DNA of 64,000 nt. Origin: an uncultured Spirochaetaceae bacterium. Lineage in GTDB: Bacteria > Spirochaetota > Spirochaetia > DSM-27196 > SLST01. The notes below the pieces were generated by a model. That model was not told the DNA's origin, ran no database searches, and was given only the letters and a program-made list of their open reading frames with translations. A program made the translations under genes and the position numbers. This document shows, piece after piece, positions 17,661 to 26,054 of this stretch. Every line of letters begins with the position of its first letter. The first letter of the stretch is position 1. The stretch lies in NCBI GenBank assembly GCA_964537725.1, contig CAZICD010000001.1, forward strand, positions 63,878 to 127,877, written 5' to 3'.

Positions 17661-19451
17661 TCAGATGGCCGCGTACTGCGTCTTGAGAAGCTCGGCGTAG
17701 CGGCCGTTCGCCTCGACCAGCTCGTCGTGCGACCCGACCTCTACGATGCGGCCGCTGTCGAGCACCATGATGCGGTCGGCGTCGCGGATCGTCGCCAGGC
17801 GGTGCGCGATGACGAAGCTCGTGCGGCCGCGGGCGAGCTTCGCCGCCGCCTCCTGGACGAGGCGCTCGCTCTCGGAATCGAGGTAGGAGCTCGCCTCGTC
17901 GAGGATGAGGATCTTCGGGTCGCGGACGAGCGCACGCGCGAATGCGATGAGCTGCTTCTGTCCGAGCGACAGGTTGCCGCCTCGTTCGCCGACCTCGTTG
18001 TGGTAGCCCTCCGGCAACGAATCGATCATCTCGTGGATGCCCATCGCCCGGGCGACCTCTTCCACTTCCTCGCGGGTCGCATCCTCGCGTCCGTAGCGGA
18101 TATTCTCGATCACCGTCCCCGAAAACACGTGCGCGTCCTGCATGACGAGCGCGATCTGTGATCGATACGCCTCCTGCGCCAGATCGCGAAGATCGTGTCC
18201 GTCCACCAGAACCGATCCGTAGGTCGGGTCGTAGAAGCGGCAGAGCAGATTTATGATCGTCGTCTTGCCCGAGCCGGTGGGCCCGACGATCGCGATCGTC
18301 TCGCCGGGCTCCGCGGTGAAGTTCAGCTCCTGCGCCACGTAGTCGGTGCCCTCGTACGCGAACCAGACGTCGCGGAACTCCACGCGACCGGCGAGCTCCA
18401 CGTCGCTGCGCGCATCGGCCTTGTCCCGGACGTCCTCCCCCACGTCGAGGATCTCGAAGATGCGCTCGCCGGACGCCATGGTGCGGCTGATCTGGTTGAG
18501 CATGTTGCTGATCTTCTGCATGGGCTGGAAGAAGCGATTGATGTAGGTGAGGAACGCGGCGATGACGCCAATGGTCACCAGCTCCCGGGAGAGCAGGATC
18601 CCTCCGAAGAGCAGGATCAGGACCGGGCCGATCGTCGCGAGCGTCGCGACCGCCTGCCAGAAGTACGCGAGCAGCGGGTAGAAGCGCCGGGTCTGCTGGA
18701 AGTACTCGTCGTTCACCGACGCGAAGTTCTCGATGTTCTCGTCTTCGCGCGCGAAGGCGCGGATCACCCGAATGCCGGAGATCGATTCGTTGAGGAAGGC
18801 GTTGACCGACGAGAGCCGTCGCTGGATCCGCCGGCCGGCGTCGACGAGCCGGTTGCGCAGCACGAAGACGATCACGGCGAACGATGGAATCGTAACGAGC
18901 AGGATAAGCGACAGGCGTGCATCGAGGCTGATCATCGCTCCGGCGATGCCTACGAGCATGAACGCGTCCACGACGATCGTGTCCAGCCCGGCGCGAAGCA
19001 GCTCCTCGAAGACCTGGACATCGTTGGTGAGCCGGCTCATGAGCTGTCCGGCCTTCTGCTTGTCGAAGAACCTGAACGAGAGATGCTGGAGATGACCGAA
19101 GATGTCGCGGCGCAGCGCGAAGAGCACGCGGTAGCCGATCTTCATCATGAGCACGCCCTGGATGCGCGCCGCGACGAACAGTACCGCGAGAAGCCCCACC
19201 ATCGCGAGCCCGATCAGGACGAGACCCCGCACGTTACCATTCGCGATGTGCCGGTCGATCCCGATCTGCAGCAGAACGGGAATCGCGATGAAGGCGCCCA
19301 CGTTGAGCACCGCGCAGACGTACATCACCGCGAGCTTCCGGGCGTGCGGCTTCAGGTACGCGAGGAAGCGACGGAGAATACCCCAGTCGAACTCCGCGAT
19401 GTCCTTCTCGTCGAAGACGGGCATGTCCCTGGCGCTCTTTCGGGTGATCAT
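17661..19451 (-). CDS. ABC exporter, fused permease/ATPase (second half of a heterodimer pair)
   Basis: Six-TM domain plus an NBD with Walker A GPTGSGKTT, signature LSLGQKQ and Walker B ILILDEA. Confidence 0.9.
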   Translation of the reverse strand: MITRKSARDMPVFDEKDIAEFDWGILRRFLAYLKPHARKLAVMYVCAVLNVGAFIAIPVLLQIGIDRHIANGNVRGLVLIGLAMVGLLAVLFVAARIQGVLMMKIGYRVLFALRRDIFGHLQHLSFRFFDKQKAGQLMSRLTNDVQVFEELLRAGLDTIVVDAFMLVGIAGAMISLDARLSLILLVTIPSFAVIVFVLRNRLVDAGRRIQRRLSSVNAFLNESISGIRVIRAFAREDENIENFASVNDEYFQQTRRFYPLLAYFWQAVATLATIGPVLILLFGGILLSRELVTIGVIAAFLTYINRFFQPMQKISNMLNQISRTMASGERIFEILDVGEDVRDKADARSDVELAGRVEFRDVWFAYEGTDYVAQELNFTAEPGETIAIVGPTGSGKTTIINLLCRFYDPTYGSVLVDGHDLRDLAQEAYRSQIALVMQDAHVFSGTVIENIRYGREDATREEVEEVARAMGIHEMIDSLPEGYHNEVGERGGNLSLGQKQLIAFARALVRDPKILILDEASSYLDSESERLVQEAAAKLARGRTSFVIAHRLATIRDADRIMVLDSGRIVEVGSHDELVEANGRYAELLKTQYAAI

Positions 19452-19455
19452 GGCA

Positions 19456-21219
19456 TTACCCCCAGGACTCGGTGATGGGCGTTCCCCGCGTCACCGTCTG
19501 CGCGAGGTAGGTCGTCCGGTAGAGCTCGTTGCGTTTCATGAGCCCGGCGTGCGAGTCCACGTCCGCGATGCGACCTTCGTTGAGCACGATGATCCGGTCG
19601 GCGAGCGCGAGCGTGGAGACGCGCTGCGCGATGATGATCGTCGTCCTGCCCTCCATGAGCTCGCGAAGCTGGTTCTGGATGCGTCGTTCGGTCGCCGCGT
19701 CCAGACTGGACGTACAGTCGTCGAGGATGAGCAGGCTCGGGTCCTGCAGGATCGTGCGCGCGATCGCGACGCGCTGCTTCTGGCCCCCGGAGAGTCCCAC
19801 GCCGTACTCGCCCACGATGGTGTCGTAGCCGTGGGGAAGCGCGGCGATGAAGTCGTCGATCTGCGCGTGCCGGGCCGCCTCGCGGACCTCCTCGCGCGTG
19901 GCGTCGGGGCGCGCGAAGGCGATGTTCTCCGCGATCGTCGCCGAGAAGAGGAAGGTCTCCTGGAGCACCGTGCCGATCTGCGAGCGCAGGTACGGCAGCC
20001 GCCACTCCTCGATGGGGCGATCGTCGATCAGCAGCCGCCCTTCGGTGGGCAGGTAGAAGCGCGGGATGAGCGAGATGAGCGTGCTCTTGCCCGCGCCGGT
20101 GAGCCCGAAGAGCGCGACGTGCTCGCCGGGCTCGATGGTGCACGAGACGTCGTGCAGCACCGGCGGGTGGCCCTCGTAGCTGAAGCCCACCCGGTCGAAG
20201 GTCACGCGCCCGTCGATCGGTTCGGTCCGCGTCCCGGTATCGGTGCGTTTCTGGTCGGGGGTGTCGAGGATCTCGCGGATGCGGATCGTCGATCCCTGCG
20301 CCATGGAGACCATCGACGTGTTGAGCGCGAGGATCATGATGGGGAAGCGCATGATGTTCATGTACGCGACGAAGGCGAGCAGCACGCCCAGGCTCATCGT
20401 ACCCTCGATCACCTGCCACCCGCCGAAGAGGAGAATCACCAGCGCGCCCACGCCGTCGCTTACGAGCAGAATCGGGTTGAGATAGACCTGCAGGAGCGAG
20501 ACGCCCAGGTCCTTGTCGAGCATCTCGCGGTTCTCGCGCTCGAAGAGCTCCTTCTCCTTCTCCTCCGCGGAGAAGGCCTTCGCGACGCGGATGCCGGTGA
20601 GGTTCTCCTGGATGCGCGCGTTGAGGCGTCCCATCTGCCGCTGCTGCCGCAGCACCGCCGTGCGCATCCGCTTGCTGAAGTGGAGGATGACGGCGAAGAA
20701 GACGGGCACGAAGACGAAGACGACGAGCGCGAGCCGCCAGTCCTGGTAGAGCATGAGTCCGAAGACGGTGAGCGAGATGAGGATGATCCGCGTGCGGTGC
20801 TCGATGCCGAAGGCGAGGAAGTTTCGGATCATCTGGATGTCGTACGTCACGCGCGACATGAGGTCACCGGTGCGCGCCTGATCGTAGAACGTCAGCGGCA
20901 GGTGCTGGAGTTTCTCGTAGAGCGTGTTGCGCAGGTCTCGGACGACCGACTCGGCGAGTCGCCAGTAGTTGCGGACCATCAGGTGGATGAAGAGCCCGCG
21001 AAGAACGCCTACGACGGCCATCACGCCGCAGACGAGCAGCAGGAGCTCCATCACCCCCGGCTCGGCTATCCGGGGGTAGATGTTATCCGTGACGTAGCCG
21101 ATCGCGATGGGAATCGTCTGCGCGAGCAGATCGAAACCGATCATCGACACCATCGCGACGATCAGCGCGCCGCGGTGAGCGCGCAGATACGGCAGGAGAC
21201 GCTTGATGATTTGCCACAT
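19456..21219 (-). CDS. ABC exporter, fused permease/ATPase (first half of a heterodimer pair)
   Basis: Six-TM domain plus an NBD with Walker A GLTGAGKST, signature LSGGQKQ and Walker B LLILDDC. It lies 4 nt upstream of its partner. Confidence 0.9.
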   Translation of the reverse strand: MWQIIKRLLPYLRAHRGALIVAMVSMIGFDLLAQTIPIAIGYVTDNIYPRIAEPGVMELLLLVCGVMAVVGVLRGLFIHLMVRNYWRLAESVVRDLRNTLYEKLQHLPLTFYDQARTGDLMSRVTYDIQMIRNFLAFGIEHRTRIILISLTVFGLMLYQDWRLALVVFVFVPVFFAVILHFSKRMRTAVLRQQRQMGRLNARIQENLTGIRVAKAFSAEEKEKELFERENREMLDKDLGVSLLQVYLNPILLVSDGVGALVILLFGGWQVIEGTMSLGVLLAFVAYMNIMRFPIMILALNTSMVSMAQGSTIRIREILDTPDQKRTDTGTRTEPIDGRVTFDRVGFSYEGHPPVLHDVSCTIEPGEHVALFGLTGAGKSTLISLIPRFYLPTEGRLLIDDRPIEEWRLPYLRSQIGTVLQETFLFSATIAENIAFARPDATREEVREAARHAQIDDFIAALPHGYDTIVGEYGVGLSGGQKQRVAIARTILQDPSLLILDDCTSSLDAATERRIQNQLRELMEGRTTIIIAQRVSTLALADRIIVLNEGRIADVDSHAGLMKRNELYRTTYLAQTVTRGTPITESWG

Positions 21220-21266
21220 GGTTCTACTTCACACTGTTCCGGGCTCGGGCGGTGACTCCGGAAGCG

Positions 21267-21295
21267 ATCATACCCGGTCGCGCAGCGAGCGGCAA
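21267..21295 (-). promoter_or_regulatory. Sigma-70-like promoter for the ABC exporter pair (TTGCCG-17-TATGAT)
   Basis: On the minus strand the -35 TTGCCG is at 21295-21290, the spacer is 17 nt, and the -10 TATGAT is at 21272-21267. It lies about 45 nt upstream of ATG 21219. Confidence 0.4.
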
Positions 21296-21359
21296 TGCCC
21301 CGCGTGTGGTGCGGGAATTGTTGATGGCGCGCGGACCCGGGCCGTGGCGCGGCGGCGCC

Positions 21360-21803
21360 TCAGCCGTCTTCGGCTAGCAGGCGCTCGACGAACGCGTACG
21401 CCTTTGCCCGGATCTCGTCGCGAATCGGGCGAACGTACGCGAGCTTCTCGGCCATCGAACCTTCGGCCCTGGAGGGGTCGGGGAACGGCCAGTGGAGGCG
21501 TTCCCTCTCGGCGGGGAAGATGGGACAGCGCTCGGCTGCCTCCTTGTCGCACACGGCGATCACGTAGTCGAAGCGCTCGCCGGAGGCGTGCAGATCGAAG
21601 ACGCTCCTCGTCTCCTTGCCCGTGATGTCGATCCCGTCTTCCTTCAGGAGCTCGACGACGACCGGGTTGAGCTTCCCCGGCTCGATCCCGGCGCTCGTCA
21701 CCTCGACGCGGTCGCCGGCCGCCTTCCGGATGAGCTCCTCGGTCATCTGGCTGCGGGCGCTGTTGTGGATGCAGATCGCGAGGATCCGGGGCTTGTCTTT
21801 CAT
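21360..21803 (-). CDS. arsC: Arsenate reductase, LMW-PTPase/thioredoxin-coupled type
   Basis: 147 aa. P-loop CIHNSARS (CX5R) plus the Cys pair in VCDKEAAERCP. Only the C-terminal part of the 551-aa track ORF is real. Confidence 0.9.
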   Translation of the reverse strand: MKDKPRILAICIHNSARSQMTEELIRKAAGDRVEVTSAGIEPGKLNPVVVELLKEDGIDITGKETRSVFDLHASGERFDYVIAVCDKEAAERCPIFPAERERLHWPFPDPSRAEGSMAEKLAYVRPIRDEIRAKAYAFVERLLAEDG

Positions 21804-21824
21804 TGCTTCTTCCTCCGGCGGCGG

Positions 21825-21872
21825 TTGACGATTCTTTGAGATGAGTATATGCTCATCTACACATTTATGCAA
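21825..21872. promoter_or_regulatory. Divergent arsC / acr3 promoters sharing a palindromic operator
   Basis: Plus strand: TTGACG (21825-30), 17 nt, TATGCT (21848-53). Minus strand: TTGCAT (21872-67), 17 nt, TATACT (21849-44). Inverted repeat AGATGAG-tatatg-CTCATCT at 21839-21858 covers both -10 boxes. Confidence 0.45.
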
Positions 21873-22946
21873 ACCCGACCGCGCCCCATCGGTTTCTTCG
21901 AAAAGTATCTCACCGTCTGGGTCATCGCCTGCATCGTCGTGGGCGTGCTCGTAGGGCAGCTCGTCCCTGAGATCCCTGCCTTCCTGAGTACGCTCGAGTA
22001 CGCGCACGTCTCCATCCCGGTCGCCGTGCTCATCTGGCTCATGATCTACCCCATGATGCTCAAGGTCGACTTCGCGAGCATCGCACGCGCTACCCGCCGG
22101 CCGAAGGGCCTGACGATCACGACGGTCGTGAACTGGGTCGTGAAGCCGTTCACCATGTACGCGATCGCCTGGTTCTTCCTCAAGGTCGTCTTCCGACCGT
22201 GGATCGGCGAGGAGCTCGGGACCGAATACCTCGCCGGAGCGGTGCTCCTGGGCGCCGCACCGTGCACGGCGATGGTCTTCGTATGGAGCCAGCTCTCCGA
22301 CGGGGATCCGGCCTACACGCTCGTCCAGGTGGCGGTGAACGACCTGATCATCCTCGTCGCCTTCACCCCCATCGTGGCGCTGCTGCTCGGCATCAGCGAC
22401 ATCGGCATACCGTGGGAGACGCTCCTGCTGTCGGTCGGCCTCTTCGTCGTGATCCCTCTCGCCGCGGGCTACCTCTCGCGCCTCGCCATCGTCCGCAGGC
22501 GGGGTGCCGACTACTTCGAAAACGTCTACGTCCGGAAGTGGAGCGGCGTGACCCCGGCGGGTCTGCTCCTCACGCTCGTGATCCTCTTCTCGTTCCAGGG
22601 CGACATCATCCTGGCAAATCCTCTGCACATCGTCCTGATCGCGGTGCCGCTTCTGATTCAGACCTATCTCATCTACGCGCTCGCCTACGGCTGGGCGTGG
22701 CTCTGGCGGCTGCCGCACCCGGTGGCCGGTCCGGGTGCGATGATCGGGGCGAGCAACTTCTTCGAGCTCGCCGTGGCGGTCGCGATCAGCCTCTTCGGCT
22801 TGACCTCCGGCGCCGCGCTCGCCACCGTTGTGGGTGTGCTCGTCGAGGTGCCGGTCATGCTGAGCCTCGTACGATTCACGAACCGGACACGGACGGCGTT
22901 CGACAGGCGCGCCGAACAGGCGTCGCGCGCGGCCGGCGCGCGGTAG
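21867..22946 (+). CDS. acr3: Arsenite efflux permease, ACR3 family
   Basis: The N-terminus IGFFEKYLTVWVIACIVVG and a 10-TM profile are typical of ACR3. Start placed at the second ATG, because the first ATG (21849) lies inside the operator palindrome. Confidence 0.9.
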   Translation: MQTRPRPIGFFEKYLTVWVIACIVVGVLVGQLVPEIPAFLSTLEYAHVSIPVAVLIWLMIYPMMLKVDFASIARATRRPKGLTITTVVNWVVKPFTMYAIAWFFLKVVFRPWIGEELGTEYLAGAVLLGAAPCTAMVFVWSQLSDGDPAYTLVQVAVNDLIILVAFTPIVALLLGISDIGIPWETLLLSVGLFVVIPLAAGYLSRLAIVRRRGADYFENVYVRKWSGVTPAGLLLTLVILFSFQGDIILANPLHIVLIAVPLLIQTYLIYALAYGWAWLWRLPHPVAGPGAMIGASNFFELAVAVAISLFGLTSGAALATVVGVLVEVPVMLSLVRFTNRTRTAFDRRAEQASRAAGAR

Positions 22947-22987
22947 CGCGGGCGCCGGAACGCGAGCTCCGGCAGGAAGGGAGACCC

Positions 22988-23371
22988 GTGGCGACCCTGG
23001 ACGTTCTGAAAGCAATTGCCGATCACACGCGTCTTCGCATCCTCAATCTGCTCCTCGAATCGGACGAGCTCTGCGCGTGCGAGATCGAGGCGGTGCTCGA
23101 CCTCAACCAGTCGAACGCCTCGCGTCACCTCACGCGGCTGCGCCAGTCGGGGGTCCTCACCGCCGAGCGTCGCGGTCACTGGGTCCATTTCGCGCTGGCC
23201 CGGCCACACCGGGATCCGCACGAGCTCGTGCACCGTGCGGTTCTCGCGGCACGGGAGGACGGATCGATTCCGACCGGAGACCTGGAACGCCTGCGCGCCT
23301 ACCGCGTCAGCGAGTTCAGCTGCGCCACGATCGACCGCTGGAGCGCGGAGATGGCGAGCGGGGGTTCGTGA
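22988..23371 (+). CDS. arsR: ArsR/SmtB-family metalloregulator
   Basis: It shows LKAIADHTRLRILNLL, the ELCACEI metal site and NASRHLTRLRQSGV (HTH). GTG start follows GGAAGGGAG. Confidence 0.85.
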   Translation: MATLDVLKAIADHTRLRILNLLLESDELCACEIEAVLDLNQSNASRHLTRLRQSGVLTAERRGHWVHFALARPHRDPHELVHRAVLAAREDGSIPTGDLERLRAYRVSEFSCATIDRWSAEMASGGS

Positions 23372-23377
23372 TAGAAT
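23369..23377 (+). promoter_or_regulatory. Extended -10 (TGATAGAAT) overlapping the arsR stop codon
   Basis: TGnTAGAAT lies 30 nt before ATG 23408. The leader contains a GCCTGCC...GGCAG stem. Confidence 0.3.
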
Positions 23378-23407
23378 GGCGGCCTGCCCGGATCGGCAGA
23401 CGTCGCC

Positions 23408-24688
23408 ATGAGCATCAGGTTTCCGCGCGACCTCCAGTACGCGAAGTTCTCCGCTTACGGCTTCCTCAAGAACCTCCGGTTCTTCGAGCCGTTCATGATC
23501 CTCTTCCTCATAGAACAGGGCGTCTCGTTTCTGCAGGTGGGGACGCTGTACGGGATCCGGGAGATCGCCGTCAACGTGCTCGAGGTGCCAACGGGCGCGG
23601 TCGCCGACGCGCTGGGACGGCGACGGACCATGATCGCCTCGTTCGCCGCGTACCTCGTCTCCTTCGTCGTCTTCTGGTTCGGCTCGAGCATGGGCGTGTT
23701 CGTCGTGGCGATGCTGCTCTTCTCGTTCGGCGAAGCGTTTCGCACCGGCACGCACAAGGCCATGATCTTCACCTACCTGCGGCTCCGCGGGCTCGACGCG
23801 CACAGCAACGACTACTACGGCCATACGCGGGCGTGGTCGCAGACCGGCTCCGCGGTCTCCGCGCTCGTCGCAGCCGGCATCGTCTTCATCGCCGGCTCGT
23901 ACCGCTCGGTGTTCGCCTTCTCGATGATCCCGTACGCGCTCGACCTGCTGCTCATGCTCACCTATCCCCGCGAGCTCGACGGCGAGGTTGGCGCGCTGAG
24001 CCTCGAGCGGATCCGCAGGAGCTTCGTCGACCTCGCGCGCGGGCTGCGCGAGGCCGCGCGTCTGCCGGGCGCGTTGCGATCGGTCGTGAGCGCGGCGGCG
24101 TTTTCCGGCTTTTTCAAGGGCACGAAGGACTACCTCCAGCCGATGGTCGCGGCTCTCGCGGTGAGCGTACCGGTCGCCGCCGGACTCGCCGCGCGACAGC
24201 GCGAGGCGCTGCTCGTCGGCATCGTCTACACGGTCATCTACCTGCTGACCTCCATCGCGTCGCGAAGCTCGGCGACGATCGCCCGGCGACTGCGCAGGCC
24301 CGAGCGCGCGATGAACCAGGAGCTCCTCGCCGGGCTCGTGCTCGCGCTCGCGGTAGGGATCACGAGGGCGGTGGGTTTGTCTCTCGTGCCGGTGCTCGTG
24401 TTCGTGTCGCTGTACGTGCTTCAGAACCTGCGAAAGCCGGTTTCGGTCACCGTCGTGGCCGAACGGGTTCCCGACCGGGTGCTCGCGACGGTACTTTCGG
24501 TGGAATCGCAGTTGCAGAGCGTGCTCGCAGCGTTCGTCGCGTTCGTCGTCGGGGCGATGGCGGAGGCGTTTGCCGGCAACGTGGGTCCGGGCGTGGCGAC
24601 AGCCGCCGGCCTCGGTCTGCTCGCCCTGCCGCTCCTGTGGCTGCGTGGCACCGAAGGAGCATCACATGAGCACAACCGGCACACCTGA
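23408..24688 (+). CDS. MFS transporter
   Basis: 426 aa with about 12 hydrophobic helices and an MFS-like GRRR loop after TM2. Confidence 0.75.
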   Translation: MSIRFPRDLQYAKFSAYGFLKNLRFFEPFMILFLIEQGVSFLQVGTLYGIREIAVNVLEVPTGAVADALGRRRTMIASFAAYLVSFVVFWFGSSMGVFVVAMLLFSFGEAFRTGTHKAMIFTYLRLRGLDAHSNDYYGHTRAWSQTGSAVSALVAAGIVFIAGSYRSVFAFSMIPYALDLLLMLTYPRELDGEVGALSLERIRRSFVDLARGLREAARLPGALRSVVSAAAFSGFFKGTKDYLQPMVAALAVSVPVAAGLAARQREALLVGIVYTVIYLLTSIASRSSATIARRLRRPERAMNQELLAGLVLALAVGITRAVGLSLVPVLVFVSLYVLQNLRKPVSVTVVAERVPDRVLATVLSVESQLQSVLAAFVAFVVGAMAEAFAGNVGPGVATAAGLGLLALPLLWLRGTEGASHEHNRHT

Positions 24689-25934
24689 AGACCGCGTGCG
24701 CGCCGTTCACTGCGACCACCGCGCAGACGACGAGGCGATCTACGAGGCGCTCGTACGAGCGACCGACCCGCTCGACCGCGCGCGGGAACGGCTCGGAAGG
24801 GCCCGTACGATCGCGGTCAAGCTGAACCAGGACAAGAGGCCGTCGGACCTCGTCATGTACGACGAACGCAATCGTCAGCAGCTGGTAAGCGACGGTGTCG
24901 CGCGCGCCGTCTTCCGGTTGTTGCGCGAGCGGACCGATGCCGAGCTCGTATGCGTCGACTGCAGCTTCTACACGATGTACCTCGACGCGAGCGTGAAGCA
25001 GACGACTCAGATCGCGGCGCTTCTCGACGAGTTCGACGTGCGCTACGCCGACGGGACGCGCCCTCCGTACACCACGGTCACAACCCCGCACGGGGGTGCC
25101 GTGTTCGGACAGTACACGATGATGCGCGACGCGGTGGAGGCGGACGAGCTCGTGAGCGTGGCGACAATGAAGAACCACGGGTTCATGGGCGTCACGGCGG
25201 GGCTGAAGAACCTCTTCGGGCTCGTCCCGGGCGAGCTGCACGGCGGACGACCGCGACCGTACTACCATCACCTCGTGCGGATGCCGTACCACCTCGCAGA
25301 CTTGGGGCTCATCTTCGACCCGGCGCTGACCGTAGTCGACGCGCTCGTGGGCCAGGCCGGGACCGAGTGGGGGAAGGACCCCGATCTCGCGCGCGTGGTG
25401 GACGCGATCGTCGCCGGCGATCAGGTCGTATCGACCGACGCGTGCGTCGCGCACCTCATGGGTCACGATCCGGCCGCCGACTGGCCGGCCGCGCCGTTTC
25501 ATCGAGACCGCAACGCGCTCCGCGTGGCCGCCGAGAACGGATTCGGCAGCGTCGACCTCGGCCGAATCGATTTTCGCTCGGAGGTGGCCCCGCAGGCGCC
25601 GGGCACGTTCTTTGCCCGCATGACCGACTCCGCCGCGACCAACCGGTCGTGGAGGCGGACGACCTGCGAGCAGGCGCTCTTCTACCGCGACCACCTGTCG
25701 CAACTCGTCGCCCGGTACGCCGGCGAGTACGTGCTGCTCCAGGACGGTGAGGTGCGGTGGCACGACCCGGTCGGAACCATCCGCGTCAGTCGGCGAAAGC
25801 TCGCCGGCTCGAACCCGGATCACGCGATGTGGCTCAAGTACGTCGACCCGGAGGAACGCGAGGGCGAGCGCTACGAGATCTACGAGAGGACGCTCGCCCG
25901 GCTCGACGAGGACCCGGGCGCGTCGGGCCCATGA
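24666..25934 (+). CDS. DUF362-domain protein with a small C-terminal extension domain
   Basis: The pattern IAVKLNQ...MKNHGFMGVTAGLKNLFG...VDA matches DUF362 as I remember it. The C-terminal ~90 aa (YAGEYVLLQDGEVRWHD) form a separate unit. ATG 24666 overlaps the MFS gene by 23 nt. Confidence 0.65.
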   Translation: MSTTGTPEDRVRAVHCDHRADDEAIYEALVRATDPLDRARERLGRARTIAVKLNQDKRPSDLVMYDERNRQQLVSDGVARAVFRLLRERTDAELVCVDCSFYTMYLDASVKQTTQIAALLDEFDVRYADGTRPPYTTVTTPHGGAVFGQYTMMRDAVEADELVSVATMKNHGFMGVTAGLKNLFGLVPGELHGGRPRPYYHHLVRMPYHLADLGLIFDPALTVVDALVGQAGTEWGKDPDLARVVDAIVAGDQVVSTDACVAHLMGHDPAADWPAAPFHRDRNALRVAAENGFGSVDLGRIDFRSEVAPQAPGTFFARMTDSAATNRSWRRTTCEQALFYRDHLSQLVARYAGEYVLLQDGEVRWHDPVGTIRVSRRKLAGSNPDHAMWLKYVDPEEREGERYEIYERTLARLDEDPGASGP

Positions 25935-25941
25935 GCGAGCC

Positions 25942-25958
25942 GGCGCCCCGGGGGCGCC
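25942..25958 (+). terminator. GC hairpin 8 nt after the DUF362 stop (possible bidirectional terminator)
   Basis: GGCGCCC-cgg-GGGCGCC has a 7-bp stem. It lies between convergent genes. There is no clear U tract. Confidence 0.3.
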
Positions 25959-26054
25959 TGGTTCGCGCGTGGCCGCCGGCTGCCGGCGCCGCCCCTCGTT
26001 CGCACGGCGGTGCCGCGCAGCCGAGCAGCCCGGCGGTCGGATCGTTCGGCGCGC

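Noticed and set aside
21360-23015. 551-aa ORF extending arsC upstream across acr3
   Set aside because: Only the last 147 aa (ATG 21803) match arsenate reductase. The extension is antisense to the ACR3 permease.
21360-23371. The ars cluster as a mobile or horizontally acquired island
   Set aside because: I saw no integrase, transposase, flanking repeats or tRNA, and no obvious compositional break compared with the neighbours.
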